A stretch of 64,000 bases of DNA from Vermamoeba vermiformis (Eukaryota): contig JBEWZL010000266.1 of NCBI GenBank assembly GCA_045837725.1, forward strand, positions 496,001 to 560,000, read 5' to 3'. The translations under genes were made by a program, and so were the position numbers. Shown here in pieces: positions 49,002 to 61,541 of this stretch. Positions within the stretch are counted from its first letter, which is position 1. Every line of letters begins with the position of its first letter. A model generated the notes under the pieces. It saw nothing but the letters and a program-made list of their open reading frames with translations. It made no database searches and was not told where the DNA came from.

Positions 49002-52000
49002 CTATTGCTGTTGCGGTGGTTGACCAAACAATCCTCCCTGGTTGAGCTGATTTTGCTGTTGCTGCTTCGCTCGGATCTCTTCCGGTGACAAGTGCTGGTA
49101 CTGCGGCATGGCAGAGATGTGTTGGAATTGCAGTTGTTGATTATTTTCATTAACAACTGTAGGCTGGAAGTTAGGGGAAGGGTTAGCACCAAAGCTAAAC
49201 GCAGAAGGTGTTGGCTGGGTAGATGAAGATCCGGATGTGCCAAAGCTGAATGAAGAGCTCGTGGCCGGTTGAGTTGACGGAGCTCCTCCGAAAGTGAATG
49301 AAGAAGGGGCTGTAGTAGGCTGCGATGAAGTACCGCCAAAGCTGAACGAGCTTTGAGGAGGTGCTGGTTGGGTTGATGCGCCAAAAGTAAATCCGCCCGA
49401 AGGAGCGGTCGTGGTGCTTGCTGCAGGAGCGCCAAATAAGGAAGGTCTAGGAGGTTGCGCGGCAGTTGTCGTGGAACCGAATGGGAATGGGGAAGTACCA
49501 AAACCGGATGTCGAAGTTGCAGCAGTAGTGCTAGGTGCGGATCCAAAACCGAAACCAGTTGAAGTAGTGCTACTTGTTGAAGGTGTAGTAGTGCTGCCAA
49601 ATACAGGAGCACTTGAAGAAGTTGAAGAAGTAGTACCAAATCCGGAAGAAGTTGACGGGGATCCGAAGCCACCACTTGACGAACCAAACGTGCCAAATCC
49701 TGAAGAAGTGGAGCTCGATGAACCAAACAACGAAGTAGTGTTTGTCGGTCCTGATGATGTAGAGGTACTGCCAAATGATGTTCCGGTCGTACTGCCTCCG
49801 AAACTGAATGCAGATGTAGCGGCAGGCGAAGATCCGGTTGAAGATCCGAACGAGAAGCTGGGTTGCGTTGAGCCTGTTTGACTGCCAAAGCCAGTATTGG
49901 TGCCTCCAAAGGCATTTGACTTGGATTGTAAAGCCACGCCAAAATTGTCAGCCAGCGATTGTGCATCTAAAAAAAAGTTAGTTGGATGTGGTTACAAAAT
50001 TAAGAGAATGAGAATTATACTTACAATGTTTGTGTTTAGCAAATACACCTTGTTGCGTTGTGTTGCCAAATCCACATACTGGTCCAGTGGAAGCGGCGAA
50101 TTGATAAGGGTTCGGATCGTCTTCCAACGTATCGCCTAAATCCACGACGAGTTTCAAGTTTTGCAACAGATCATCGACTTGTCGTTCATATTCAGCAGCT
50201 TGTTGCAACATTTCTCGCATTTGAACGCGTCCTTCTTGGTACTTCTCTTCGTGCGTCAGGAGCTGGTTCATCCATTTGTTTCTTAACTCCGAATCTTCTT
50301 TTAGTTGCTCGGATACCAAGCCAATATTTCCAATAATCTAAAGAATAGAACAAATTGTGAGTATATATTCACGAGAAATTTGGTTCATGAAGCTGAAAAA
50401 ATTCTAGATCGGATCCAAAGTTTGGTCGGTACAAAACGTCGCGAAATAGTTCCTTATTATATAAATAGTATTATATTACTTACGCGTTTGCCGTCTTCAA
50501 GAGTATCATCCATTTCTTTGATCTTCTGATCCATCAACTTGGCATGCACATCCATTTTCTCGTTCAACGAAATTAATTCTTCCAACGCATCGTAAACTTG
50601 TTGGTTAATTAATTTGTTTGCAAGCCATTTGTTGGCTAGTGTACGAGTCAAATTATTGAGCGAGTAGTAGGTGGTGTCGGTCATTCTTTCATCGATTTTC
50701 AGTGCAGCACTGCAATACAAATATTAATCGTCCGCTTAATTATAACTAATAGTATTAAATATACTTACTAATGATCGACAGGCTTCTTAGTTGGCTCAAG
50801 CACAACTTTGAAGATCCCGACATTGTCCTTGATCTGGATCAACTCATCTTTGTTCTTAAGCTCAGATGTCCAAGGCATCGGATGCAAGACATACAAGTCC
50901 ATAGGCTTCTCTAACATTAAGCCAGACAAGTTGTAGCTCGTAACAACCATCTTCTTGCGTTGGACGGTCAAAGTACGGCTGTTGAGAGAAAGATGCGTAG
51001 GAACCGTGACTTTGCTCCACGAAGAGCTGGACAACTTCAAGAAATCTGCATTGCCGAACTGCAAAAATTGATCGTCGCCTGGTCTGCAAACATTGATCAC
51101 AGAGCAGCCCAAGTACAATCCGTTTTGGAAAATTGTAACATTGCCTAATCAGGAAATAAAAATTAGCATCGATCTTATAGCACTCATAACAATATAATAT
51201 GTACTATTATAATGTATTAATTCCTTTTCTTACCTTTTTCAGTTGGAAGCTTCGATCTGTTCTTGAGCAACACAGCTAGCGAGACGACTTTGTTCGCAGC
51301 CTTGCAGTCATATAAGCAAACGATCTTAGCTTCAACATTGAAGCGCGATAGAGGGATGAGGGCAGGACTGTTCTTAATAACAGTGACTGGCTGCGCAGAC
51401 TTGAGGCAGTGCTCGGCCAGGGCTGACGGATCTGGTCCGATGGTCACATTCAAACTATCACTTACAGCCCATAAGGTTGCGTTATGGAACGAGTGACGAG
51501 GGTGTTGAAGTACGACCCACGCGTCTAATCGAACAGGATTGGTGGTCAATCGATATTCGATGTACCAAGGACCCACCGTGTGCACGCAACTGATCTGAAA
51601 CATTGCTCATTAGTTTCGGTTTGAAATGACGATTATCGCGCTTACCTTGACCTTTCGAGGTTCTTTTCCTTCAAGGTGAATAGACACATCTTGAGTCTTC
51701 ACGTGCGTTTCTTCAGTGCGGTGAGTAAGTTCGTTACGCAGCGCATCTTGAAGTTCCTGAAAAAAGGTTAAAAACTACAGGCATTTAAGTTTTAAACGTA
51801 CCTGTGCTACATTACGATCTAATATATCGATATCTGTTACCCAACGCATTTCAACATGCTTCAGAGAATTGGACGCAGTGTCGAAGATCGAGATCCAGCT
51901 CGTTTCAACACTCTTGCCATCGCTAGTATTTTGCCATTTCTTCTCAGTACCTAGACATAAACCTTCTGTAGTCTAAATAAGAAATTGAGTAAGGCGCCTA

Positions 52001-52487
52001 AATCGCATCTCGTATATTTTAGGACTTACTTGCTTATTTTCGAAAGTGCACTTGATTCTTGCACCGCGGAGCTCTAACAAAAGATGCTCAAATCCTTTAT
52101 TTTCTTCACCAATAAGGCGTCGTTGCCCGAGGCCCTTGGGTTTGCCAAAAGTAACAGATTTGACGCCACCCTCAGGATCGTCAACAATAAGAGTGCTCAC
52201 GACCTGATGGACTTCATCTTCATTAAATACCAAATTTATACAGCTTTCGCCTGCCGGAACGGATGCTTCCCTAAATAAATCTTTATTTTAGTTCAGAAAT
52301 TCTATTTCAGACAAACAAAAGCGAAATCAAATATTAAAATAATAAGATGATTTAAAATACTAATTTTAGGTCGAGATATTTTGGTTTTCTGGGCGTACCT
52401 TTCATAGTAAGCTAATCCGGACTTAAACAACACCACTTTGGTGATGTTGCATTCTGTAACCTTAGATTCGTATGAGGTTGATTGCAT
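49002..52487 (-). CDS. DUF4139-like protein fused to FG-repeat and GLEBS-like tail
   Basis: ITKVVLFKSGLAYYER N-terminus; coiled coil; in-frame splice KHKH-Y-AQSLADNFG into FxFG/SLFG repeats and FQHISAMPQYQHLSPEEIR. Confidence 0.7.
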
Positions 52488-52762
52488 TGTTGTGCTGAAG
52501 TGAATAGAGAATGAGAATGACGGCAGTTCCCTTTTATTTTTGCAAGTCCGAAAATTTTCTTACTTTTTCGGTCTTGAGATTTGGCTTCCCGAAAAGTTTG
52601 CTCCTTTTCTGGGCTTGTTGGCCTACCCCCACCCCTACCGAATCGGCGATATAGAGTCAACTGACCACGACTCAAAGAAACTTCACCTGCTATACCTGCA
52701 CAAACTACTTCATTTGTTGTTTTTAACAGTCTACACAGCAGAACGCACACGACCGCCTTAAA

Positions 52763-54239
52763 ATGGAGAGTGAACACAGTAAAGATACAAACAGTACTAC
52801 ATTGGATTGGTACACATGGGACGAATTAATTCTTTCAAGAGTCGACGAATCCACCTCGTTTCTTCAGGCGGTGCTAAAATTTCGGCAAATATCTCGACCA
52901 TATAGAAATGAAATTGATATCCATATTCGATCTAGAATAAACGATGTAAGCCCGAGTTCAAAATTTTAAATAATAATAATACAAAAATATCGAAATAATT
53001 CTATTTTTATTAGCCAACGGTAAAATCAGCATTTGATCGCATCCTTCTTGTACATGTAATGTTTGGTACTCTACAAGAAGTCCAACGTTTCTTTAAAAAG
53101 CATCGTAAGTCTATCAAAGACCGGCATCTTAATTACTTTTTGCGTAGAGCCCACTCTGGATTATGTAACGAAGTTAAGGCCTATAAGAGCGCATCAACAG
53201 CAGCTCAAAAAAGAGCTTTACAGCATCGATGTGATTCGTTGGCTCATAGACTTCGGTTTGGATGCAAGGCACGAGTTAAAGTCTTTTCTGTAACACGTCT
53301 GATATATTGTGTAGGGGTGCTGTTGTTAACGACTGGCATATAATTTCATTACCTATTGATTGGAACATGTTTATGCTGGAACATGGCGCTTCTTGTGAGA
53401 TTCATAGCCCTAAGATCTTCAAATCCGCGGACGAGTTTCGACGCTACTGGAAGTTTTGTGATAGAACTAGCCCACAAAAAATTTCAACCTTGGTTTCAAA
53501 CCTTTTCAATTATTACGATTTTCTACAAATTCGAACAGACGAGCGAAAAGAATTCATCATGAACGAATACCGATCTACATCTAGCAACAACTTATTCAAA
53601 CAGCTGCCATTAGAAATTGTACAACAGATAGTTTCGTATCAATTAGACGATTACTTATGGCTGGAGTTGGCAGATATAATGATAAGAGACGCACCCGATC
53701 ACTCGTTGGACATCGAATTTTGGTCCAGCCAATTTCATGTGGTCGTGCCCAAATTCATCTGGAAATTCTGGGATAAATTCTCCGAAAAAACCAAAGCGCG
53801 GATAGTCCAAGAAATGCAATGCGTGTTATTACATAACGCTGACGACGAGTTCTTCGATTCTTTGCTGAAGTTTTTCAGATTACCAATTATGGCGAATAGG
53901 TTTCCTTCACCAGCAAACAAAGTCGCACCGGACATACTACGAAGTGCTTTATATTCGAACCATCCTAAAGCTTTGGAATTGGTCAAAACCCTTGCAGAAA
54001 CTCAACAATACCAGCCTGGAGATTATAGATGCCCGTACACAGACCGCGGGCAGCAAGTATGGCACGCAATGTATACAAAGGACAATAGGAAAACTTTAGA
54101 ATACCTCATTGAGATCGATTCTTGGCCGCTTCAAAATGACTACATGACATTTGATCAGTGGCTTAATGCCAATCCTGGATTGAAACCAGAAATAGTTGAA
54201 TTTGTGCGTGACTGTTTGAAAAAGAAAGGCAAAATTTAA
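52763..54239 (+). CDS. Hypothetical protein with internal F-box-like segment
   Basis: Three exons with GT-AG introns; LFKQLPLEIVQQIVSY. Confidence 0.6.
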
Positions 54240-54308
54240 TGCGTGGGCATTAGCAGGAAATAAAAAATAATGTTTATTACAGGCATTAACAAAGCAAAGC
54301 AGCCGAGG

Positions 54309-56665
54309 TTAAAACTTGAATTCAGTTTTTCTTCGCTTTCTGTCGGTGTCTCGTTGCGGTTGTTGTCTTTTGCGGTATTCTTCTTCAATGCGGTCGCGAG
54401 AACGAGATCGAGAGCGACTTCTTTGTCTCGGTTTAGGCGCCGTAGTAGTATTAGCACCATTTTTGTTCCAATTGAATTGTTTGGCACGGTAAAGTTCGTT
54501 GCTTAAGGTGTCTGGGCGAGAATAGAAGCGGAAGTTTTGCCAGGTCGGTGATCGAGAGCGAGATCGTGAGCGAGATCTAGAACGAGATCTTGCACGAGAA
54601 CGACGGTCCACGTCTCGGTCTCTATCTCGATCTCGATCTCGATCTCGTGTTTCTCTTTGCTTTCTGTACATGTCACGCATCTCGTTGTTGCGGTCTCGTT
54701 CGCGAGTCTTCTCTACTTCTAGGGCACGGTGTATGTTGTCAGCGACGGAGGTTACTGTTCTGATTCGGTCCCGATCTCGATCCACTTGTCGCGCATCTAG
54801 TTTTTCGTCACGGCTTAGAACTACTCTGTCGAGCATATGCTTGTTCTCTTGTATGTACTGACAGGAGTAACTGTACTTTCCTTCTTGTGCAAGCGCTGCA
54901 CTCTGATGCACCAAGTTGAGTCCGAGTACCTCCACATCCGCGTTCTTTTCAACCTCGAATTTGTTTTGAGTCAAATCCTTGGTTTGAGTTATGACGCGCA
55001 TTCGCCGTGTACCGTCAAGCATGGTGAAGCGTATTTGAATTTGGAAAGGCAGACTCGTAATGTTGTCTGCTTTGACCCGATCCGCATCAACGCTGAAATC
55101 GAACGAAAATTCTTTCGCCAACTAAAAAGAGAATTGTTATTAGCTACTTGAAATATGCTTTAAAAATATTAAGTTACTTACTGTGATATTTCCAACGTCA
55201 ACATCGACACTAGTGAACTTGGTTTCTTCCTCCATGTTGTTATTGTTCTTCGACAGATCTTGCTTGATGGCAGCTCGGAACATTACTGCAGCACTTGATA
55301 CGAGCCTAATAGTGCCTTGTGTAGCAATGACTTTGTCATTCAAGAGTGCTTCGAAGTGTTCTCGAAGGCAAGTCGGATCCACAATGTCGATCGATCCAGC
55401 GGTCTTTTCGGCCAATATTGACAATATCTCGAGCTTGCAGTCCGACGAACCCTTAATACGCAAGATTGATACGGAGGTACCAGTCTTCTTCATCAACTCG
55501 GCGAGATCCACGTAGAATTTAGACACGCGCTGGATCTCGTTGTTGTAGTCCACGCTCTTCTTAGAACGATCATCAACTATTTCAAGTGACCCCACGCCAT
55601 TGTTGGCCTGGCCGTCAGTAGCCACGACGATGTTTCCGCGGCACTCGAGCTGTTGAATCATCCCGAGGCAGGCTGTAAGTGCTGGGCCAAGACTGGTCGC
55701 GCCTCGCTCTTCCAACGAGCACAGCTTGTTGAGCAAGACGTCATACGACTCCTTGATCGGTTTCAATTTGTGCGCAGTGCTGGCGTAAGTTCTGCCAAAG
55801 TCCATCAAACGATCAAAGTCGTTCAATTTGTCGCCAGCCAAAATCAGCGGCTCTTGTGATCCGTCGCCAATGACCGTCACTTCTGCGTCAAATGTCACGA
55901 TCGATACACGTGCATTTGGTTGTTGTTCTTTCAAGTTCTTCAGTTGTGCCTCGACACCCAAAATCACGCACTCGAGACGCGAGATCTGGTGGATGTGGCG
56001 GGCGAACGAGTTGAAATTCTCTCGATCGAATTGAGCGCTCTGTAGTCTTCTTCGCTTGACTAACAATTCGCTCAAATAACCATCAGCGTTGTATGAGGTT
56101 GACATTGAGCCCGATGTATCAATGCAAAAGAAGATCACCTGCTCTTGCGAGTTGGATGCCGCTTGAGCAGGACCCAAGATGTAATCAGCGATGGAACTCT
56201 TAGGAACCTGTAATATATTGTCAGTACTTTACTCTTTATTTTACTAATGACGTACCTCTTCTTCCTCGATCGAGTTTTCGTTGGTCGATCCGCAGATGGG
56301 ACAGTTCCAAACTTTATTCCCATTCTCTAGCGTATTTATTGCACTAAAAATAGTATTAATAAGACAATTACTATTAGAAAATATGTATTTATGTACCTTT
56401 TGCAGCTTAAAAACGCTGGACAATGATTACAAGTAAGCGGATCACCCGTGACTAGCGAGCTTTCTTTATCAATATCAAGCAAGCTAATCGCAATAACGTT
56501 AGTGTCAACGTCATCAAATTGGGTATTAGTATTAGGTAACGTGCAGTTTGCATTTGGCTGGCTCGACTTCTCTGCGTTCCAGACAGCCTTCTGAGCATCC
56601 CGACTCGAGATGTGCCAACTCTTCTTGTTCAAGTAAGCCAGCGATGAACCGAACTTGATAGACAT
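54309..56665 (-). CDS. Sec23/24-like Zn-finger + vWA protein (CPRas1-like, no Ras domain seen) with RS/RD tail
   Basis: TGDPLTCNHC; MIDAS CIDTSGSM; GATSLGPAL; TDGQAN; C-terminal RDRDRD and RSRSRSRSP. Confidence 0.8.
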
Positions 56666-57072
56666 GTGGTCAGTATTGTGATCAATTATGTAGATGAATA
56701 GAAGTATCCGTACCTTTTTAAGTCAAAAATACTGCGGAGAACTCTAAGCGCATTCTTGTCTTTGGAAAATACTAGTAAAATATTAGTCTAGGAATAAAAA
56801 TTAAACGAGATAAAATCAAATTAAGAAAACTGATATGATACGTGCTCTTTTTTCGAGCAATTTAAATACTGGATTTGATCTAGTTGACTACATCAAGCAA
56901 AGCAATAAAGAATACTGATAGTGCTACTGCAAGTATTTACAATATTGTAGCATTACCATGCTAAATTCTTGGCAGTGTTATTTCGAATTGGTGCAGCTGT
57001 GGTTGCGAGTTAATGTTGATTTATTTTAAAAATCAAAAATCGTCCGTGATACCACAGAAGATATCACCGCAC

Positions 57073-58495
57073 GGGAGTCTATTATCTTGGTTGGTTCGGC
57101 CCGAAAACCAACCAAGAAATTCAAACCGACAAAAGATCGGTTTTGTGAGTTCAAAACCGAAACCGATAAGAGATCGGTTCAGGTCGGTTTAGATGTTGTA
57201 TTGTGTTTGTTCTAGTCGAGAGCAAGGATTAATTTATTTTGGAACAAAGAGAAGTTAATTTTTTGGTCAGATGTAAATCCACGCGGAAGTTGATCTTCAA
57301 TCGCCTTTCCTCTCCTTAGATATCAATGTAATTATTCTCTTATGTACTGCAATTATGATTTCGGCTAATACTGCAAGTCCTGGTCAATTGGAAAGTTGAT
57401 AAGACTCAGATCTGTTCTGATCCGCTGGTGTTTCCAAACCAAGTTTACTATCAACAACGATGTTGCGTCCATTTTGTCGGGTTCGCATATTTTATTTGTA
57501 TTTCAGCTGCTTTCTATGTAAATAGTCCACGTATGAGCATCTAAACGGAGTCAGTAATTGGTTGTACTCAGATCGGCGTTTAATACGTAGAGTAGATTTT
57601 AATTTCATGGAGATCGCGCCAAAGGCTTTATAAATACGTACTAAAACTGTTCAGATGTAAAATCAATTATTAAAATCTTACCAAAAATAGTCTGAGAATA
57701 TAAGGTTCAGCCGTAGTGATCGGTTCTGATCGCTCTGTAGCCCATCGCTTTCCATGAACCGCCCTGATAAATAACTCCTTAGCATGCGAAAGCAAGAATA
57801 TCGGCTTCGATTGGATTAGACACTACTAGAAGCCATCTATAATAAGCGAGTTAGTTACAATTTTGCGAGATCGGTGAAAAGCACCTGCAACGTCCTTGTA
57901 ATCACTAGGCTTGCTGTTGAAAAAGTTTGTTATAATGATAAAATTTATTCTGCTATATAATTAGTCCTAAAAAAGTGCTCAGTGGTACACCAAAGCGATA
58001 GTGAAGTAGATCTCGGAAAAATAAAAATACAGCCGCCCAAAAAATATTATACGAATTTTGCAATATTTTAAATAATATTTTACCATATTATCATGCGTGA
58101 AGAGTCTTCTCGGCAATAGAAGCCAGATTATGAGCGATTTTGCATCCGTTGGTTGGAAAGCGGAACGGAAGATTCTGTAGTCTGTGCCGATGGGTTTGCC
58201 CAATAAATTACATTGCATAGTATGTGTTGCACCACCAATTAATATTTGAAATGAAATGCTGCTTCGATCGCGCGGAAAGATGGGACATCTTGTTGCGAAA
58301 TGGGCAAGAATGATTCAAAACCATTAATAATGTGTTTTGTCCATGAGATGTGGCTAAACATGTGGTAGTTCATGATCGGTTCAGGTCGGTTTTTGATTTT
58401 ATCGGTTCCAGTTTTACAGCCACAAAACCGATCTTTTGTCGGTTTGAATTTCTTGGTTGGTTTTCGGGCCGAACCAACCAAGATAATAGACTCCC
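57073..58495. mobile_element. Non-autonomous TIR DNA transposon
   Basis: Perfect 75-bp TIRs (57073-57147, 58421-58495), 8-bp TSD CACCGCAC (57065-57072, 58496-58503), no long internal ORF. Confidence 0.95.
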
Positions 58496-58516
58496 CACCG
58501 CACGTACAATCGCATC

Positions 58517-60052
58517 TTATTCTGCGTGCCTGTTGATATCGATTGGAGGGACGGAGTGATAAAGCGAATTTTTTAATAACATACTTTCATACGGGCCATG
58601 GTATTCTAGTTCAACAATGTTGGAGAGACGTTCAATGAACGTATCTATTGTACTGATATCGCAATGTGAGACACGAAGTGATAGTCGTGTTAGTTGCGTC
58701 ATAGTTGAGAGCTGTTGCCAATGTGAATTGCTAGCGTGGTCAGTGTGGAAGAAATTCAGTGACAGATCCACTACTTCAGGCATCTTTATAATATCGCTCA
58801 TTAGGCTGATGTCGTGGTAAATAGCAACTTTCCGTAAGTTTGTTAAGCTTGTAATACCGATAGTTGGTGATGATACTGAAATTTCTCTCAGATTCGTCAG
58901 CGTTGTAAGTGTGAATTCATGTTTGGTTATGGACGCATTTTTTATCAACAGTCGTGTTAAATTCGTTAGTCTTGCAATAGAACACAAATTGTGTATATTC
59001 ATATCATTGTAATCTTCAATATTGAGTGACAGTAAGCTCGTCATTTTTGAGATCCATTCGAGACTAACTGCATAACTTTGATTTTTCGATATATTCAACG
59101 ATGTTAATCTCGTTGCTATATTATTGCCATTTGTAATATAATCGAGGTTCGATATTGCACGGCAATTTATAAATTGAAGGCTTTGCAAGTTCGTGAAGAG
59201 TTCAAGTCCGTGAACTGCCCTGAACGTTAACTTAGTGTTCGATAAAAGTATTATTTGGACTTACCATTGAAAGCATTTGAATTCTTCAATGAGAATTGAA
59301 CCAAGTTTAGATTGGAAAAGGTTCGTAAGTCGAGAATTTTTTCCGATGGCTCTAAGTGGTCCAGTTCGATCGATTCTAATGTGGTCATAACAGATAACGA
59401 ATCTATAATATCACTATATGGTAATCTTCCGTCAATTTTAACGTGTTTGAGGCTGGCACAATTCGCTAGAACTGACGCTACGGAGATTTTTTCGAGATTT
59501 GTTATTATCCGTGATTTTCCTCTATAAAACACGCTGTCTAATGGTCGTTTGAATATCCGATGTATAGTAGGCAATGATGTGACTTTGAAGCTGATTAAAT
59601 TGGTGAATTGACGATTGAGCACGAAATTTCTGAATAAAGCGGGATGCATGTCCGATATTGCGATGTGAGTTACAAGTGGCCATATTAACGCATATAACTG
59701 CTTAGATACGATTGATAACCTGCAAATATAACTTTTGTTAGTCTCTGTTTTGATATCCTTTACAGCCCTGCGAAATTTTTTTTTTTTTTTTATTTTTTTT
59801 TTTTTTTTTTTGTTTTGATATACGACTAAAATACACTGTCGGATCTGTTCGGCGGCATTTTCCGACAAGGATCCAAACGAGCAATAACATACTATATCAT
59901 AGATGTATATTTGGTTGAATTGTATGCTTAAAATGATAATTTTACTGTTTTGAGTGCTTAGAATTTGTACGTACCGTGCAATATCGGATGTTGGGACGGC
60001 GTAAGATCATTGCAAGTATTTCTTGAGGAATAGATATAATTATATTGTCCAT
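58517..60052 (-). CDS. F-box-like/LRR protein
   Basis: MDNIIISIPQEILAMIL; LRRs LTSLNIS, LTNLTRLLI, LTQLTRLSL-type; 3' end uncertain. Confidence 0.7.
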
Positions 60053-60263
60053 GGCGTATATATAATGCTATTCAGTGCTGATGTTGCGTTGTCGTGGTGC
60101 CATTAATTGTTCTGTGCTTTTTGCGTTGATCATTTCCGACAATATTGTGACGCGTGTCACAATGACACGTTTGACGCGCACGAGATATTTTTGGTTTCGT
60201 GTCATTTTTTGTGAATATTATTGGTTTATTATCACGTGTATTGAGCTTTGGAAGTGCCGCGAT

Positions 60264-61368
60264 CTAGCTCCAACTTTCATGAAAAACGACTTCCGGACTT
60301 ACTTTCACCTCGTCAATCAAAATTTTCTTAATGTCGTTGACCATAGTCTTAGGGCCGCACAGAAAATATTTCGTCTTTCTATTTGGACTGTCTGCAAAGT
60401 CTTTTTCAGCCGTTGCTACGATTTGCTTGATCTTGTCCCCTGTTATTCGCCCATTCTCGATTGATATATTAGAGCTATTATTGTTCGTTTCCTTATTGTT
60501 AGAGTCCTCATTAGTGACAGTAAAGATAGCTCTAATGTTCGAATGATTTCTTGCAAGATCTTGGATCTGGCTCACGTGCAATGCTTCGTCTATATTTCGA
60601 ACGCTACACAAATATGTGACGTGAGTAGTATTTGGATCACATTCTTCGGCGACGTAGTGTAGCATACTAAGCAAGGGTGTGGCTGGAAAATGCATTTTCG
60701 TCAGCATCCCGATCCAAAAATGAAATTATCTCCGTTGGGAGATAAAATACTAGTTTAATAAATGAGTACCTCCAATACCGCCTCCAATTAATACTACGTG
60801 TTCAGGTGCGTTAGGATCGTCTTTCAAGTAAAAGAAAGATCCGCCGGGTCCAGCAACAGTGACTTCATCGCCAATTTTAACGTCTTCGTGTAGCATTTGC
60901 GTCACAGGGTGCGTAGTCTTTTTAATAGACAATTCGAGGCACCCTGAAATAATTTGTTAATAATTGCGATCTCGCGTGACCACGATCTGAGGTCAGCTAA
61001 GACTTACCGGTCCGTTTTGTATGAAGAGGACTACTGGTCATTGAATATCCTGTAACTACTTCTATTGGAGTGTATTTTGGCCCGAGCTTGGCCATCACAT
61101 CTGCTGAGGGAAAAATATCGAGGTACTGTAAAGTAGAAAAATTAAATTAATATTTTTACTACGCATTAATATAGTGTTCAATTACGTCCCACGAAGTAAT
61201 ATTCAAATTAAAGCGGTTTTAAATTATAAAATTAATTTTCTTTACGTAGGTCGATAAACTCACTTGTCCCGGCTTGAATTCAAAGTTCTTACCAACATCA
61301 ACGGTAAATGATTTAACAGTAGATGTTGTTTGAACGATATTCACTACTTTTGCAGTCCAGCTAGTCAT
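60264..61368 (-). CDS. OXNAD1: Oxidoreductase NAD-binding domain protein (FNR family, OXNAD1-like)
   Basis: FEFKPGQ, GYSMTSSP, LIGGGIG-ATPLLSML, FLCGP, FHESWS. Confidence 0.8.
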
Positions 61369-61541
61369 GTTCTTCAGATAAAAAAATTAAATTTCAGTTC
61401 TGTACGGTCTTAATTTCACTTTAAACCGGCAAAACAAGGAAAAATGTTCATGAGCTTTATACAGAATAAGAAATAAGTGACTACTAAAGTTCGAACAATC
61501 AAGATTAGAATAGATTAATTCTATTTACTACGAATGTAGAT

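Noticed and set aside
48974-49966. 330-aa Leu/His-rich alternative ORF
   Set aside because: Off-frame reading of the FG-repeat exon.
59776-59811. Poly-T tract read as poly-Lys or a retroposon tail
   Set aside because: Appears intronic; no TSD or element body recognisable.
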